Part shown: positions 28,702 through 37,176 of the stretch, in pieces
Numbering within the stretch: the stretch's first letter is position 1
How the letters are laid out: every line of letters starts with the position of its first letter
Virus record (IMG/VR): IMGVR_UViG_3300037119_003505
Location: 3,733 to 67,732 of that record
Length of the DNA: 64,000 nucleotides
Origin: a virus
Reading direction: 5' to 3' (one strand)
The notes under the pieces: model-generated
What the model was told of the DNA's origin: nothing
The model's input: the letters and a program-made list of their open reading frames with translations, nothing else
Databases searched by the model: none
Program-made: the position numbers and the translations under genes

Positions 28702-29052
28702 GCCCCCCGCCCCCCCCCATTGACAAGAGCAGTGAAAAACTCCTGCCGTCTCATGTAGAAACGGCAGACGTTCGCCACTTGCTGAACCGGGAGCATGCCC
28801 ATCCTTGCCGATTCCGATCACCAGCACCGAAAACAGTATCCGGGCCGATCACCGCCTGAGTATCGGGCTCGTTGCCGTTGCCGAGAAGCATCGGGGCAAA
28901 GAAAAACCCGCTCAATGGTAGCACACGGCGGGTTCTTCCTATGCAGTTTCTCGGCTGCCAAGCATTCGGGCTATTCGCCCAAAGTATGAAAGTTTTTTCG
29001 TCGCGTGCTACTGCGATACCGCCACTCTGCCGCAGCATCCGCACGGGCGCAA
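28702..29052 (-). ncRNA. Structured ncRNA cassette E1 (promoter, attenuator module, conserved 3' module, terminator)
   Basis: TTGCGC-N17-CAGAGT promoter at 29052-29024; hairpins; aligns over about 170 nt with 49000-49162. Confidence 0.6.
28898..28934 (-). terminator. Intrinsic terminator/attenuator of cassette E1
   Basis: AACCCGC...GCGGGTT stem followed by TTTCTTT. Confidence 0.6.
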
Positions 29053-29208
29053 GAACTTTCTTTGGAAACTTTCAGCGCTTCCCGAGCAACAGATCCCACT
29101 CCGGAAACCCGAACCGGTTCTCGATGGTGGGACGCTGGCGACGATTCCGTTTGACGGCAGCGGGCGGCTGTGCGAAACGGGAAGTCCACGCTCGGTAACG
29201 CCGAGCAC

Positions 29209-29258
29209 CGCCGCTTGGATTTAAGCCCATAAAGCTGAACTGAGCGGCGTTCTTTTTT
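29209..29258 (+). terminator. Intrinsic terminator-like hairpin
   Basis: CGCCGCTT...GAGCGGCG followed by TTCTTTTTT. Confidence 0.55.
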
Positions 29259-29322
29259 CGGCGAACAGCGCGCTCCCCGAACTTCCTTGCATCCGTGTCG
29301 GTTGCTGCGACGGTGCGGCACT

Positions 29323-29493
29323 ATGACGCTTCAACTCCTGTTCTGGATTCTCATGCTGCTCTGGCTCGTGTTCGGCATCGCGCCGACGTGGCCGGCTGAC
29401 CGCAACTTCCGTCCGTTCGGCGGCTCACTGCTGCTGTTCGCTGTGATCGCGCTGCTCGGCTGGCAGGTGTTCGGCCCCGCACTGCACCGCTGA
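29323..29493 (+). CDS. Small two-TM membrane protein
   Basis: MTLQLLFWILMLLWLVFG...LLLFAVIALLGWQVFGP. Confidence 0.7.
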   Translation: MTLQLLFWILMLLWLVFGIAPTWPADRNFRPFGGSLLLFAVIALLGWQVFGPALHR

Positions 29494-29540
29494 GGCTGGT
29501 GTTCCTCTTTACGGCGCTCGGCATCAGGCTGCCGTAACAC

Positions 29541-30044
29541 TCAGAGTAGCGACTGCTGCACAAAGGCCGGACTGCTGACTCGCAGCGGCATCGTCGTGAC
29601 GGGCGCGCTCTCAGGCTCGCCCAGCAGCCGGTCGCACCAGTTCACGATGCGGAACGGGCCGCCACCGAGTCCACTCCATTCGCCCGCGTATTCCTTCTGA
29701 CTGGATCGCGCGGCTGTGTGGAAGCTGACCTGTCCGGTCGGGATGTCCACATACAGCACCCAGCAGTGCAGTGCTTGCGCAGGATCGCGCTTCCATCCCC
29801 ACGTGATGCCGAGCGCCTGCGCGTGCTGAGTTAGCGCTGCATCCAGGTTTCCGAGCGACCATTGCTTGCGACCGTACGCCTCGCCCTTGAACCGCCGGCT
29901 GTATTCCTTGGCGCGTTCGCTGCACTTCGCCGCACGGAACAGGTTCAGCGCGATGGTGCCGACTGGCCCCAGTGCTTCCAAGCGTCCGTACAGCGCCTTG
30001 GTGGCGTCGCCGTTGCTGCCTTGGTATGTCGCGAAGGTGGTCAC
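29541..30044 (-). CDS. Conserved-type phage hypothetical protein
   Basis: WVLYVDIPTGQVSFH motif; coupled to neighbour. Confidence 0.6.
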   Translation of the reverse strand: MTTFATYQGSNGDATKALYGRLEALGPVGTIALNLFRAAKCSERAKEYSRRFKGEAYGRKQWSLGNLDAALTQHAQALGITWGWKRDPAQALHCWVLYVDIPTGQVSFHTAARSSQKEYAGEWSGLGGGPFRIVNWCDRLLGEPESAPVTTMPLRVSSPAFVQQSLL

Positions 30045-30223
30045 GGCTCTAAGCCTTCATCCTCGTCCTCTTGGTTCTTCTGCGCGTGAGCCATCAGGTT
30101 GTGCATCTTGAACGCCAGCACGCCAACCGCAGACGCCGTGGTGAGGTCGAATTCATCGCAGTAACGACCTACGAGTTTGTCGAGGTCGTCGGCAAAGGCT
30201 TGGATTTGGTCACGCTCAGTCAT
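30041..30223 (-). CDS. Small acidic hypothetical protein
   Basis: Overlap-coupled ORF. Confidence 0.55.
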   Translation of the reverse strand: MTERDQIQAFADDLDKLVGRYCDEFDLTTASAVGVLAFKMHNLMAHAQKNQEDEDEGLEP

Positions 30224-30270
30224 AGTCTCAGTTCATCACAGCCGCAGCCCCACGCTCAGGTGCCGCTGCA

Positions 30271-30864
30271 TCATAGCTGCCACGGAATCTTCACGACACC
30301 GTGCATCTTGAACTCATCTGCGAACGCCTTCACGTTTTGCCCATAGTAGGTGACGACGCTGCCTTTCGTCACGCCCTTGAAAACCGTCCCATCAGGCAAC
30401 AGGTAGTTGGTGCGCGGGGAAAGGAAGCACTGAGGGCGCTTCAGCAGTGGCAGGAACCACTTCTCGGAGGTGCAGGCATACGCGATGCTGCACGCCTCGG
30501 CGACGTTGCCACAATCGAATTCAGATTCCAGTTTGTTGATCCATGCGGCATTTCCGTGGTACGGAAAGTCGTGATGAGCATGTTTCTTTGTGCAGCCTGC
30601 TGGACAGGCCGCTTCAGCGCGCCCGAACGGATGATTCATCCACACCTTGCTCGGCGCGCCATTCTCCTTACACCAAGGTTGTGAAATGCCGCTGTTGTAC
30701 CTTGTAAAAATGCGGGACGCCTTCACTCGCGAATTGGCTTCTCCGCTACTGGCCGGATCAAGATCGATCCTGCCCATGACGAGTCGCGCGCTGATGACGA
30801 TTGTTTCTGGCGTGTAGTACTCCACGATGCCGGAATTTTGGTTGATGAGTTGAGCGTCGTTCAT
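30271..30864 (-). CDS. Phage DNA N6-adenine methyltransferase (Dam-like) with NHPF motif IV
   Basis: EYYTP, IDLDPAS, VWMNHPF. Confidence 0.75.
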   Translation of the reverse strand: MNDAQLINQNSGIVEYYTPETIVISARLVMGRIDLDPASSGEANSRVKASRIFTRYNSGISQPWCKENGAPSKVWMNHPFGRAEAACPAGCTKKHAHHDFPYHGNAAWINKLESEFDCGNVAEACSIAYACTSEKWFLPLLKRPQCFLSPRTNYLLPDGTVFKGVTKGSVVTYYGQNVKAFADEFKMHGVVKIPWQL

Positions 30865-30874
30865 TTGAAAAGAT

Positions 30875-31084
30875 TCATGGTTGCCACTCCCAGCCGTGCT
30901 GCTTCATATCGGCGGCCAGCACGTCCTTCATTTCGCGCAGCACCTTCTCACGAGTCATCCGGAAACTCACGCGGTCGCCGCTGTTCATCAGCTTCGTGGC
31001 CTGTCCCTCGGTGAGTTCCCCGGCTTCGTAGAGGCACACGATGGCGTGGATGCTCTCGGTCAGCTTGTCGCGGCGCTGTCTCAT
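30875..31084 (-). CDS. Small hypothetical protein (HTH-like)
   Basis: MRQRRDKL...LYEAGELTEGQATKL; coupled start. Confidence 0.5.
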   Translation of the reverse strand: MRQRRDKLTESIHAIVCLYEAGELTEGQATKLMNSGDRVSFRMTREKVLREMKDVLAADMKQHGWEWQP

Positions 31085-31539
31085 AGCTGTGGTTGCTGCG
31101 CCTTCATCATGGCGCGGTAAGCCTGATTCGTGGAGAGGTAGCGGCGACCGGGCTTGCCGGGCCGCTTGGACGGTGCGCGCCAGTAGAGGCTCATGGTCTG
31201 GCATTGCAGCCACGGGTCTTGCCGGTTCGTCGGATTCGGAACTTCGCTCGTCCATCCGGCGAGCATCAGCGGCACGGCCTGTTGCTCGAAGTCTTCGCGG
31301 CTGCGCTGCTGCATGTGCGCCAGCCCGAGTAGATCAATCAGCGGAGTGACGCCACGATCATCGTTCACGAGTTGGCAGTACGTCTTCGGATCGATTCGGA
31401 TGCCGACAGTTTCCAGTTCTTCAATCGCGGCCTTGCGGAATTCGTCCTCATCGAACATCTCCAAGGCTTCCGCGTAGCTCATGCCCTCGCGTACGAACCG
31501 CTGGAACTCGTCTCGCAGGATGTCGATTGGCGTGCTCAT
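31081..31539 (-). CDS. Hypothetical protein
   Basis: Coupled ATGA overlaps at both ends. Confidence 0.55.
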   Translation of the reverse strand: MSTPIDILRDEFQRFVREGMSYAEALEMFDEDEFRKAAIEELETVGIRIDPKTYCQLVNDDRGVTPLIDLLGLAHMQQRSREDFEQQAVPLMLAGWTSEVPNPTNRQDPWLQCQTMSLYWRAPSKRPGKPGRRYLSTNQAYRAMMKAQQPQL

Positions 31540-31769
31540 GCGCGACGATTCCAAGCGGCAGCAGCTTCGGCGGCGGTGTAGCGCAGGTTGTTCCAAGTCT
31601 GGACGCCGCATCCGTAGCAGCAGACCCGGTAGCCGCCCTCGCTCAGTTCTTCTAGCTTCGGCGTCGAGGTGCACGGCGCACTGCGCTTCATTTTCGGATG
31701 ATCGGGCAGCCACGCGCCGCCACAGAACGGGCACGGCAACAGTTCGGGTTCGGCAGCAAGGTCGCTCAT
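31536..31769 (-). CDS. Lar-family restriction alleviation protein
   Basis: LLPCPFCGG...CYGCG...EAAAAWNRRA. Confidence 0.8.
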   Translation of the reverse strand: MSDLAAEPELLPCPFCGGAWLPDHPKMKRSAPCTSTPKLEELSEGGYRVCCYGCGVQTWNNLRYTAAEAAAAWNRRA

Positions 31770-31775
31770 GGCGGC

Positions 31776-31857
31776 ACTGTGGCGCGGGGTGGTGTCGGGG
31801 TCAAGTGAAAGAAAAAAGTATTTTGTTGTTGCATGAAATCGTGGCGCGTGTTTCTGT
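31776..31857. promoter_or_regulatory. Divergent promoter pair: TTGACC-N17-CACAGT (minus, 31804-31776) and TTGCAT-N17-TTCTGT (plus, 31829-31857)
   Basis: Read from sequence around an AT-rich spacer at the strand switch. Confidence 0.6.
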
Positions 31858-31869
31858 CTCGCAAATCCA

Positions 31870-32034
31870 ATGACCAAACCCCGCAAGAAACTAGGACGCC
31901 CGAGACAGATTCAGGAACCGCAGGTGATTCTCTCGGCGAAGATCCGCACGAGCACGAAACAGAACATCGACCGGGCGCGAAAGCCCGGCAACCTGAGTGT
32001 GCGGCAGATTCTTGAGCAACGCTTTGACGCATGA
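31870..32034 (+). CDS. 54-aa AT-hook/RHH-like DNA-binding protein
   Basis: Not in track; MTKPRKKLGRPRQIQEPQVILSAKIRTSTKQNIDRARKPGNLSVRQILEQRFDA; first gene after promoter. Confidence 0.6.
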   Translation: MTKPRKKLGRPRQIQEPQVILSAKIRTSTKQNIDRARKPGNLSVRQILEQRFDA

Positions 32035-32038
32035 ATTT

Positions 32039-32227
32039 ATGAACCAATCCAAGAAAACCAAACGCCCACGCAGCGCCGCAAAGGCTGCCCGCGCCAAAGC
32101 GCACACCGAACGCAATAAGCGCAACGCCAAGCTGCGTCGCTCGCGCCGACGCGAAGAAATCCTTGAGGGTCTTCGCACCGCGTCGCCGACATGGTGGCGA
32201 AACTACCGCAAAAGCCAACGCGCATGA
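32039..32227 (+). CDS. Small basic protein
   Basis: Arg/Lys-rich 62 aa. Confidence 0.5.
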   Translation: MNQSKKTKRPRSAAKAARAKAHTERNKRNAKLRRSRRREEILEGLRTASPTWWRNYRKSQRA

Positions 32228-32592
32228 CCCCGACACCCGCCACAGCCCCCAAGCAGCGCGGGCTGCTGCCGCAACGCATCCAGCTACGGCGCACGCGCGG
32301 CTGGAGGATGCCGACGAATACCGTGAAGGTTGACCGTACTACGAAGTGGGGGAATCCGTTCTACGTTGCTATCGCGCCAGAGGAAGGAAACTTCAACGAC
32401 AATTACTGGTGCCTCGGTGCCGAAGAAGCCGTGGCGAAGTTCCGCCGATTCCTTGGCGAGACAACGAAAGGCGCGCGGCTTTTTGACGAGGCGAAAACAG
32501 AGCTTCGCGGCAAGAACCTAGGATGCTGGTGCCGCGAAGGCGATCCGTGTCACGGAACTGTGCTGCTCGAAATCGCCAACAGAACGCCATGA
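32224..32592 (+). CDS. DUF4326 protein
   Basis: VDRTTKWGNPF, LRGKNLGCWC, CHG. Confidence 0.85.
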   Translation: MTPTPATAPKQRGLLPQRIQLRRTRGWRMPTNTVKVDRTTKWGNPFYVAIAPEEGNFNDNYWCLGAEEAVAKFRRFLGETTKGARLFDEAKTELRGKNLGCWCREGDPCHGTVLLEIANRTP

Positions 32593-32837
32593 AGTCCCCG
32601 CTCGAAATCAGCATCGCGATCCACTACGCCACCCATGCGAATGCGTTTGAGCCGCGCACGGAACTATCGGACGAAATCACTGTTCAGTTCGTGCATGACG
32701 ACATCCTTGAGCGGCACGACCGCGACCAACCGTACACGTCCGATTACCGCGCAACCGAGCGCGGACAGGCTTGGCTCGACCTGATCTGCGCCACTCCGTA
32801 TCCGGTCAGCAAATGGATCGACCCGCGCAACCCATGA
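32589..32837 (+). CDS. Hypothetical protein
   Basis: ATGA-coupled ORF. Confidence 0.55.
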   Translation: MKSPLEISIAIHYATHANAFEPRTELSDEITVQFVHDDILERHDRDQPYTSDYRATERGQAWLDLICATPYPVSKWIDPRNP

Positions 32838-33100
32838 CGCTCCAGAAACCAGACGGCACAATCGAGTTCGGCTACAGCGCGTGCTGCTGCCCGCCAGGCC
32901 CTCGTCGTCCCGGCCAGCACACGAACTGCACAACCACATGGTTCCGCACGAACGGCGGCGAATGGCGGCGGTTGGTTCGGCAAACGCACGTCAACACGCT
33001 CGCGCGGGCGGCAGAAACAGTTGCCGAGTTTGAGGCAGCGCTGATTGAGAAACCAGAGCCAGAAGCCGGCAACGTGACGGACTACCTTCACAACCCATGA
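32834..33100 (+). CDS. Hypothetical protein
   Basis: ATGA-coupled ORF. Confidence 0.5.
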   Translation: MTLQKPDGTIEFGYSACCCPPGPRRPGQHTNCTTTWFRTNGGEWRRLVRQTHVNTLARAAETVAEFEAALIEKPEPEAGNVTDYLHNP

Positions 33101-33480
33101 ACACAGAACTGGAAACTTTGTCGCAGGAGACGAAGCGCATCCGGCTGGCGGAGGCGGCTGGATGGAAAGTCAATCCAGACCAGATGCTCGCCCTCGCGTT
33201 TCCCGACCAGCGAGTTGACCCGACAACCGGAAAGATTCAAGTGATCCCGCGCTACTTCTCCAGTCTGGACGCCATCGCGCAGATCGAGGCGACGCTGACT
33301 GAGCCTCAGCTTCAACGGTACGGAGACGCGCTACAGGACGCCGTGAATTATTACTGCGTCGGATACGTGCCGAACCACGGGCGCGACCTCGTATCATTGG
33401 CGCGCATTGCAACCGCGAAACCGGAGCAACGCTGCGAGGCGCTTGGGCAGACGCTCGGCCTCTGGCAGCCGGGACAGTAG
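33097..33480 (+). CDS. Phage ABA-sandwich-like domain protein
   Basis: LAEAAGW...PRYFSSLDA...ATAKPEQRCEA pattern. Confidence 0.6.
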   Translation: MNTELETLSQETKRIRLAEAAGWKVNPDQMLALAFPDQRVDPTTGKIQVIPRYFSSLDAIAQIEATLTEPQLQRYGDALQDAVNYYCVGYVPNHGRDLVSLARIATAKPEQRCEALGQTLGLWQPGQ

Positions 33481-33482
33481 CG

Positions 33483-33695
33483 ATGAATGCAAAAGACGAA
33501 CAAGTTGGCGGCAGTCACTATAAAGGCTTGGCGATCCAGCCCGCTGAGTATTGCCAGCGCAACCGGCTGCCGTACTGCGAATCTAGCGTCGTGCGCTACG
33601 TGACCCGCCATCGCGAAAAGAACGGACGCGAGGACATCGAAAAGGCCATCCATTGCCTGCGCCTGTTGCTGGAGATCGAATACCCGAAGCCATGA
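33483..33695 (+). CDS. DUF3310 protein
   Basis: QVGGSHY, VRYVTRHREKNGREDIEKA. Confidence 0.85.
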   Translation: MNAKDEQVGGSHYKGLAIQPAEYCQRNRLPYCESSVVRYVTRHREKNGREDIEKAIHCLRLLLEIEYPKP

Positions 33696-34147
33696 ACCCG
33701 AACCTCGCAGCCCAGATCCGCCTCCACGAAGCCGAGCGCAAGCAGCGGGACGCCGAGCAGCAGTTGCGTGATGCGCGGACCATCGCGGCACGGTTTCCGA
33801 ACATGAGCCGCACGGCCCGCGCGCGAAACAACCCCTATGCCAACCACCATCACGCTACGACTCAAGTATCGGCCACCGAACCCCCGCAACCAACGCCTCC
33901 ACTGGCGCGTGACCGTGAAGGAAAAGCACAAGGCGCAGGATGCCCTGCTGTCCGCTTTACTCTCCGCAAGTGCCGGCCATTCGACGTTGACGGGAAGTAC
34001 ACCGCAATCAAAGACCTGTTGGACGGCTTACAATACGCTGGCCTCATTCGCGGCGACAAAGAGGGAGAAGTCAGTCTCGAAGTCGTGCAGGAAACCGTCA
34101 AGACGAAGGCGGAAGAAGAAACGCTGATCACCATCACATACCCATGA
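33692..34147 (+). CDS. RusA-like Holliday junction resolvase catalytic core
   Basis: RPFDVDG...KDLLDGLQYAGLIRGD acidic triad pattern. Confidence 0.65.
   Translation: MNPNLAAQIRLHEAERKQRDAEQQLRDARTIAARFPNMSRTARARNNPYANHHHATTQVSATEPPQPTPPLARDREGKAQGAGCPAVRFTLRKCRPFDVDGKYTAIKDLLDGLQYAGLIRGDKEGEVSLEVVQETVKTKAEEETLITITYP
33837..34127 (+). CDS. Nested overlapping ORF with RusA N-terminus-like sequence
   Basis: MPTTITLRLKYRPPNPRNQRLHWRVTVKEKHKAQDALLSAL; preceded by AACCCT. Confidence 0.35.
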   Translation: MPTTITLRLKYRPPNPRNQRLHWRVTVKEKHKAQDALLSALLSASAGHSTLTGSTPQSKTCWTAYNTLASFAATKREKSVSKSCRKPSRRRRKKKR

Positions 34148-35181
34148 ACGCCACAGAGCACCCAACCTACGAAATCAAAACAGTTGCCGACTTCCTCAAG
34201 GTTCCAGAGGATCGTCGCGCCGCCTGTCTGAAAGAGTTTGTGGACTTTCTCGACCTCGCTGGAGCGACCCTCGAAATGGCGAATTCGCTTTCGGATCTGA
34301 TGAAACTGCCCAAGGATCAGAACCGCGTCGAGGCGTTCACATGGATCGACGACGGCGAGCAAAAGAGAACACTGAACTTGATCGCAGTTCCCGACCCCGA
34401 CCCCGCCTCCGCCACCAGCGCCAGCGCTGAAGCCGCGCCGACGCCAGAAACCGATGCAGCGAACGAAGCCATGCTGCACCGTTACATGGTGCTGCCGATG
34501 CCGTGTCCAATGACCGAGTTTTCGCGCTGGATGGAGCGGCAACGGGACGAGGCTCGCGCGAAGATGAAGGAAACCGCGAAGGACTTTGAGACAGCCTTCC
34601 GCTTGGTGCGACTAGAGAACGACTCGCTTCGCGTCGAACGCGACGCCTTGATCGCCAAGCACACGCATCAGATGCTGGACGACAGTAGCACCATCGACCA
34701 GCTACGCATCGACCTCGCAGCCGCACAGCACCAGAACGAAACCTTGGCCGCCAGCAACACCACGTTCCAGCGGCTCTGCGGCGAGGCCCAGGACGCGGCG
34801 GCGGAGGCGTGTAGGCAGCGGGATGAGGCGGTTTCAGAGCGTGATGCGCAGCGCGATTCCGACAAGCGTTTCCGTGATGCCGCGTGGCGCATGGGTGAAT
34901 GGTCCCAAGCTGGCGCTCCCAAGGACGACCAAGGTAATCCAATCACATGGAAAACAACTATCGAGCAACGCGACCGAATCGCTGCGGCCTTGCGACTATG
35001 CCGTGGCGCGCTGAAGCTTGCGATGCAGAATGCTTCTGGATTCCTTGAACTGGAATCGGCTGAGTCTGCCGTCGCCGCAGCGGATGCGGTACTGGACGCG
35101 AAGGAGGCTGAACCGGAAAGCGTGGCCGGGCCAAGCGCCGGCCAGTGCAACGACATCCTCGGAAAGCCGGGCCACTACTGA
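34144..35181 (+). CDS. Hypothetical protein with coiled-coil C-terminal half
   Basis: 345 aa, coupled start. Confidence 0.6.
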   Translation: MNATEHPTYEIKTVADFLKVPEDRRAACLKEFVDFLDLAGATLEMANSLSDLMKLPKDQNRVEAFTWIDDGEQKRTLNLIAVPDPDPASATSASAEAAPTPETDAANEAMLHRYMVLPMPCPMTEFSRWMERQRDEARAKMKETAKDFETAFRLVRLENDSLRVERDALIAKHTHQMLDDSSTIDQLRIDLAAAQHQNETLAASNTTFQRLCGEAQDAAAEACRQRDEAVSERDAQRDSDKRFRDAAWRMGEWSQAGAPKDDQGNPITWKTTIEQRDRIAAALRLCRGALKLAMQNASGFLELESAESAVAAADAVLDAKEAEPESVAGPSAGQCNDILGKPGHY

Positions 35182-35186
35182 AACCC

Positions 35187-35417
35187 ATGATCGACCACAC
35201 CGCCGCCGATCTGCTGCGCCGGATCGACCGCTACCGAGCCAGTCTCGACGAACCAGCGAACGTCACGGTGCCGCTGCCGCGCCGCTCCTTCTGGGGCCGT
35301 GTCGCACGGATGCCGCGCGTCTGGCGGCACTGCTGGGCGTTCGGGCGCGCCCTGCCGCTGTGGCAGAGGGTGCGGCTGTGCTGGCTCAATGTGCGGTTGC
35401 TGTTCAGGAAGCCATGA
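35187..35417 (+). CDS. Hypothetical protein
   Basis: AAACCC-ATG start, coupled to next ORF. Confidence 0.5.
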   Translation: MIDHTAADLLRRIDRYRASLDEPANVTVPLPRRSFWGRVARMPRVWRHCWAFGRALPLWQRVRLCWLNVRLLFRKP

Positions 35418-35680
35418 AGCCGCCACGATACACTGAAGTGGGTCGGTATGCCTATCACTTTTGCTGCACCAAAATAGAGCCTTACAGCCAACACCTGATC
35501 CAGCGTGCGGAGTTGTCGAAATGCGCTGGTGCTCCGTGGCTCAAGGAAGGCGCTACACATGGCTGTTGGTGTTCGGCTTGGAAGAAACAAGAGGACGGGA
35601 CATTTTTGCATTGGCGCGATGGCAAGTGGCAGGCACCGCGACGTGGCTGCATCAAGAGCAAGCCAGTGCTGATCCTATGA
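35414..35680 (+). CDS. Cys/Trp-rich hypothetical protein
   Basis: Coupled start MKPPRY. Confidence 0.45.
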   Translation: MKPPRYTEVGRYAYHFCCTKIEPYSQHLIQRAELSKCAGAPWLKEGATHGCWCSAWKKQEDGTFLHWRDGKWQAPRRGCIKSKPVLIL

Positions 35681-35717
35681 AGCCGCAACGACGAAGCCGT
35701 GGCGCGGGGACGAAGCT

Positions 35718-36419
35718 ATGATGCTGTGTATGAAGCTACGAAAGCACATTCCGGCAAAGGACATGACGCCCGATGAACTGAAAAAGGTCAGGGCCACACG
35801 CATGGAGTTTTACTACAGGAATCGGGACAGAATTCTGGCGGAACGTAAGGCGACGTACCCACTGAGGGCAGAAAAGGCCCGCGCCAATGCCGCCGCATGG
35901 CTCAAGGCGAATCCTGAACGTGCAAAGGAAACCGCACGACGATACCGCGAATCGCACCGTGAGGCGTTGAATGCCGCACAGTTGAAGCGGTATCATTCCG
36001 ATCTTGAAAAGCACCGCGCCAAAAATGCTGTGCTCAGAAATCAATTTCGGATGAATCTCCGAGCAATGGCGGCATGGAACTCAAAGAACCTCACCGACTC
36101 TTACGTGCGCAACCAGCTTTCCAAGTACTCAGAAAAGAGCACGCGCGAATGGACCGCGGAAGAAGTGTCGGCAAAGCGCGCGAAGATGATTGCGAGCAGG
36201 AAAGCCAAAGCAGAACGGCAGGCCAATCGTGCGCGTGTGATCTCGCCAAGGCTTTGTGAGTGCGGGTGCGGGCGCGTTACCAAACAAAACCTTTATGATC
36301 GACCCAGCGCAGGAATTAAGGCCGGCGATTACAACGCCTTTCTGATTGGACATCATCCGGCTGACGCTGTGGCGATTTTGCAACTTTCTCAATTCGCTCT
36401 AACCCAAATAAAAACATGA
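35718..36419 (+). CDS. Basic helical protein with CECGCG...GH module (homing-endonuclease-associated DNA-binding type)
   Basis: YYRNRDRILAERK-type repeats, LCECGCGR...FLIGHH; no HNH triad seen. Confidence 0.55.
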   Translation: MMLCMKLRKHIPAKDMTPDELKKVRATRMEFYYRNRDRILAERKATYPLRAEKARANAAAWLKANPERAKETARRYRESHREALNAAQLKRYHSDLEKHRAKNAVLRNQFRMNLRAMAAWNSKNLTDSYVRNQLSKYSEKSTREWTAEEVSAKRAKMIASRKAKAERQANRARVISPRLCECGCGRVTKQNLYDRPSAGIKAGDYNAFLIGHHPADAVAILQLSQFALTQIKT

Positions 36420-36967
36420 ACCTGACCAAAATACCCACAGCCCAAGAAATCGCAGATCGCATCCGCTCCATCAGCGACAATCTGCTCGAAGTCGCCAAGG
36501 ACATCGCCGCCGCCCTTGACCTGAATCCGGCGCTCGCCGACGAATTACAGGCGTGCGGCATCAACCGAAACATTATTCATCGCCTTGAGCGGCTCGGTCG
36601 CGGCCAAATCCACACTTCGCTTGTCTTCTCCACGACACCTGGCGGACTGCGGTTGGTGAGCGCACCGATGAGCGAACAGCAGAATGCCATCACCAACGGA
36701 GTCGAAGTGCTGGACGAAAACGAAACCGACACGCGGCTGATTCCGGTTCACGAACTCTCGCAATCGCAGGCCAGCCAGTGCATCGCCCGAGGAGCCATCC
36801 GCAGCATTTCAGAGCAGCGGACATGGATTCGGAAAAAGAAGTCCAAGGTCGCGCCCGCAACGGTGCGGGAACAGGACTTCAAGGTTACGTCCGATGCGGT
36901 GACGATCCATCGACCGGGCAAGTATTCGCGCGAGATCGTGCTGTCATGGATCATTCAGATGGGGTAG
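36416..36967 (+). CDS. Hypothetical protein
   Basis: 183 aa coupled ORF. Confidence 0.6.
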   Translation: MNLTKIPTAQEIADRIRSISDNLLEVAKDIAAALDLNPALADELQACGINRNIIHRLERLGRGQIHTSLVFSTTPGGLRLVSAPMSEQQNAITNGVEVLDENETDTRLIPVHELSQSQASQCIARGAIRSISEQRTWIRKKKSKVAPATVREQDFKVTSDAVTIHRPGKYSREIVLSWIIQMG

Positions 36968-37176
36968 CGCCACGACCGCAAAAACTGAACCGCGCCTCAG
37001 CCCGGCATCCGCTGCCCACAGTGCGGACACAGCGGCGCTGAAGTAGCTTGACATGGCGGCAGGACCGCGCCAGTGTCGGACATGTCTGCAACATCCAGAC
37101 TCCACTCAGCAAACGCCGGAGGCGTGCCGTACCTTTTCGGGTTCGGGATGTTCGCGCCTCCGGCACCTGCTGGGCC

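Noticed and set aside
28751-29044. ORFs across the ncRNA cassettes (28751-29044 and 48881-49174) sharing RTSAVS
   Set aside because: The peptide similarity follows from the shared hairpin DNA; both ORFs cross terminators and lack a plausible start context
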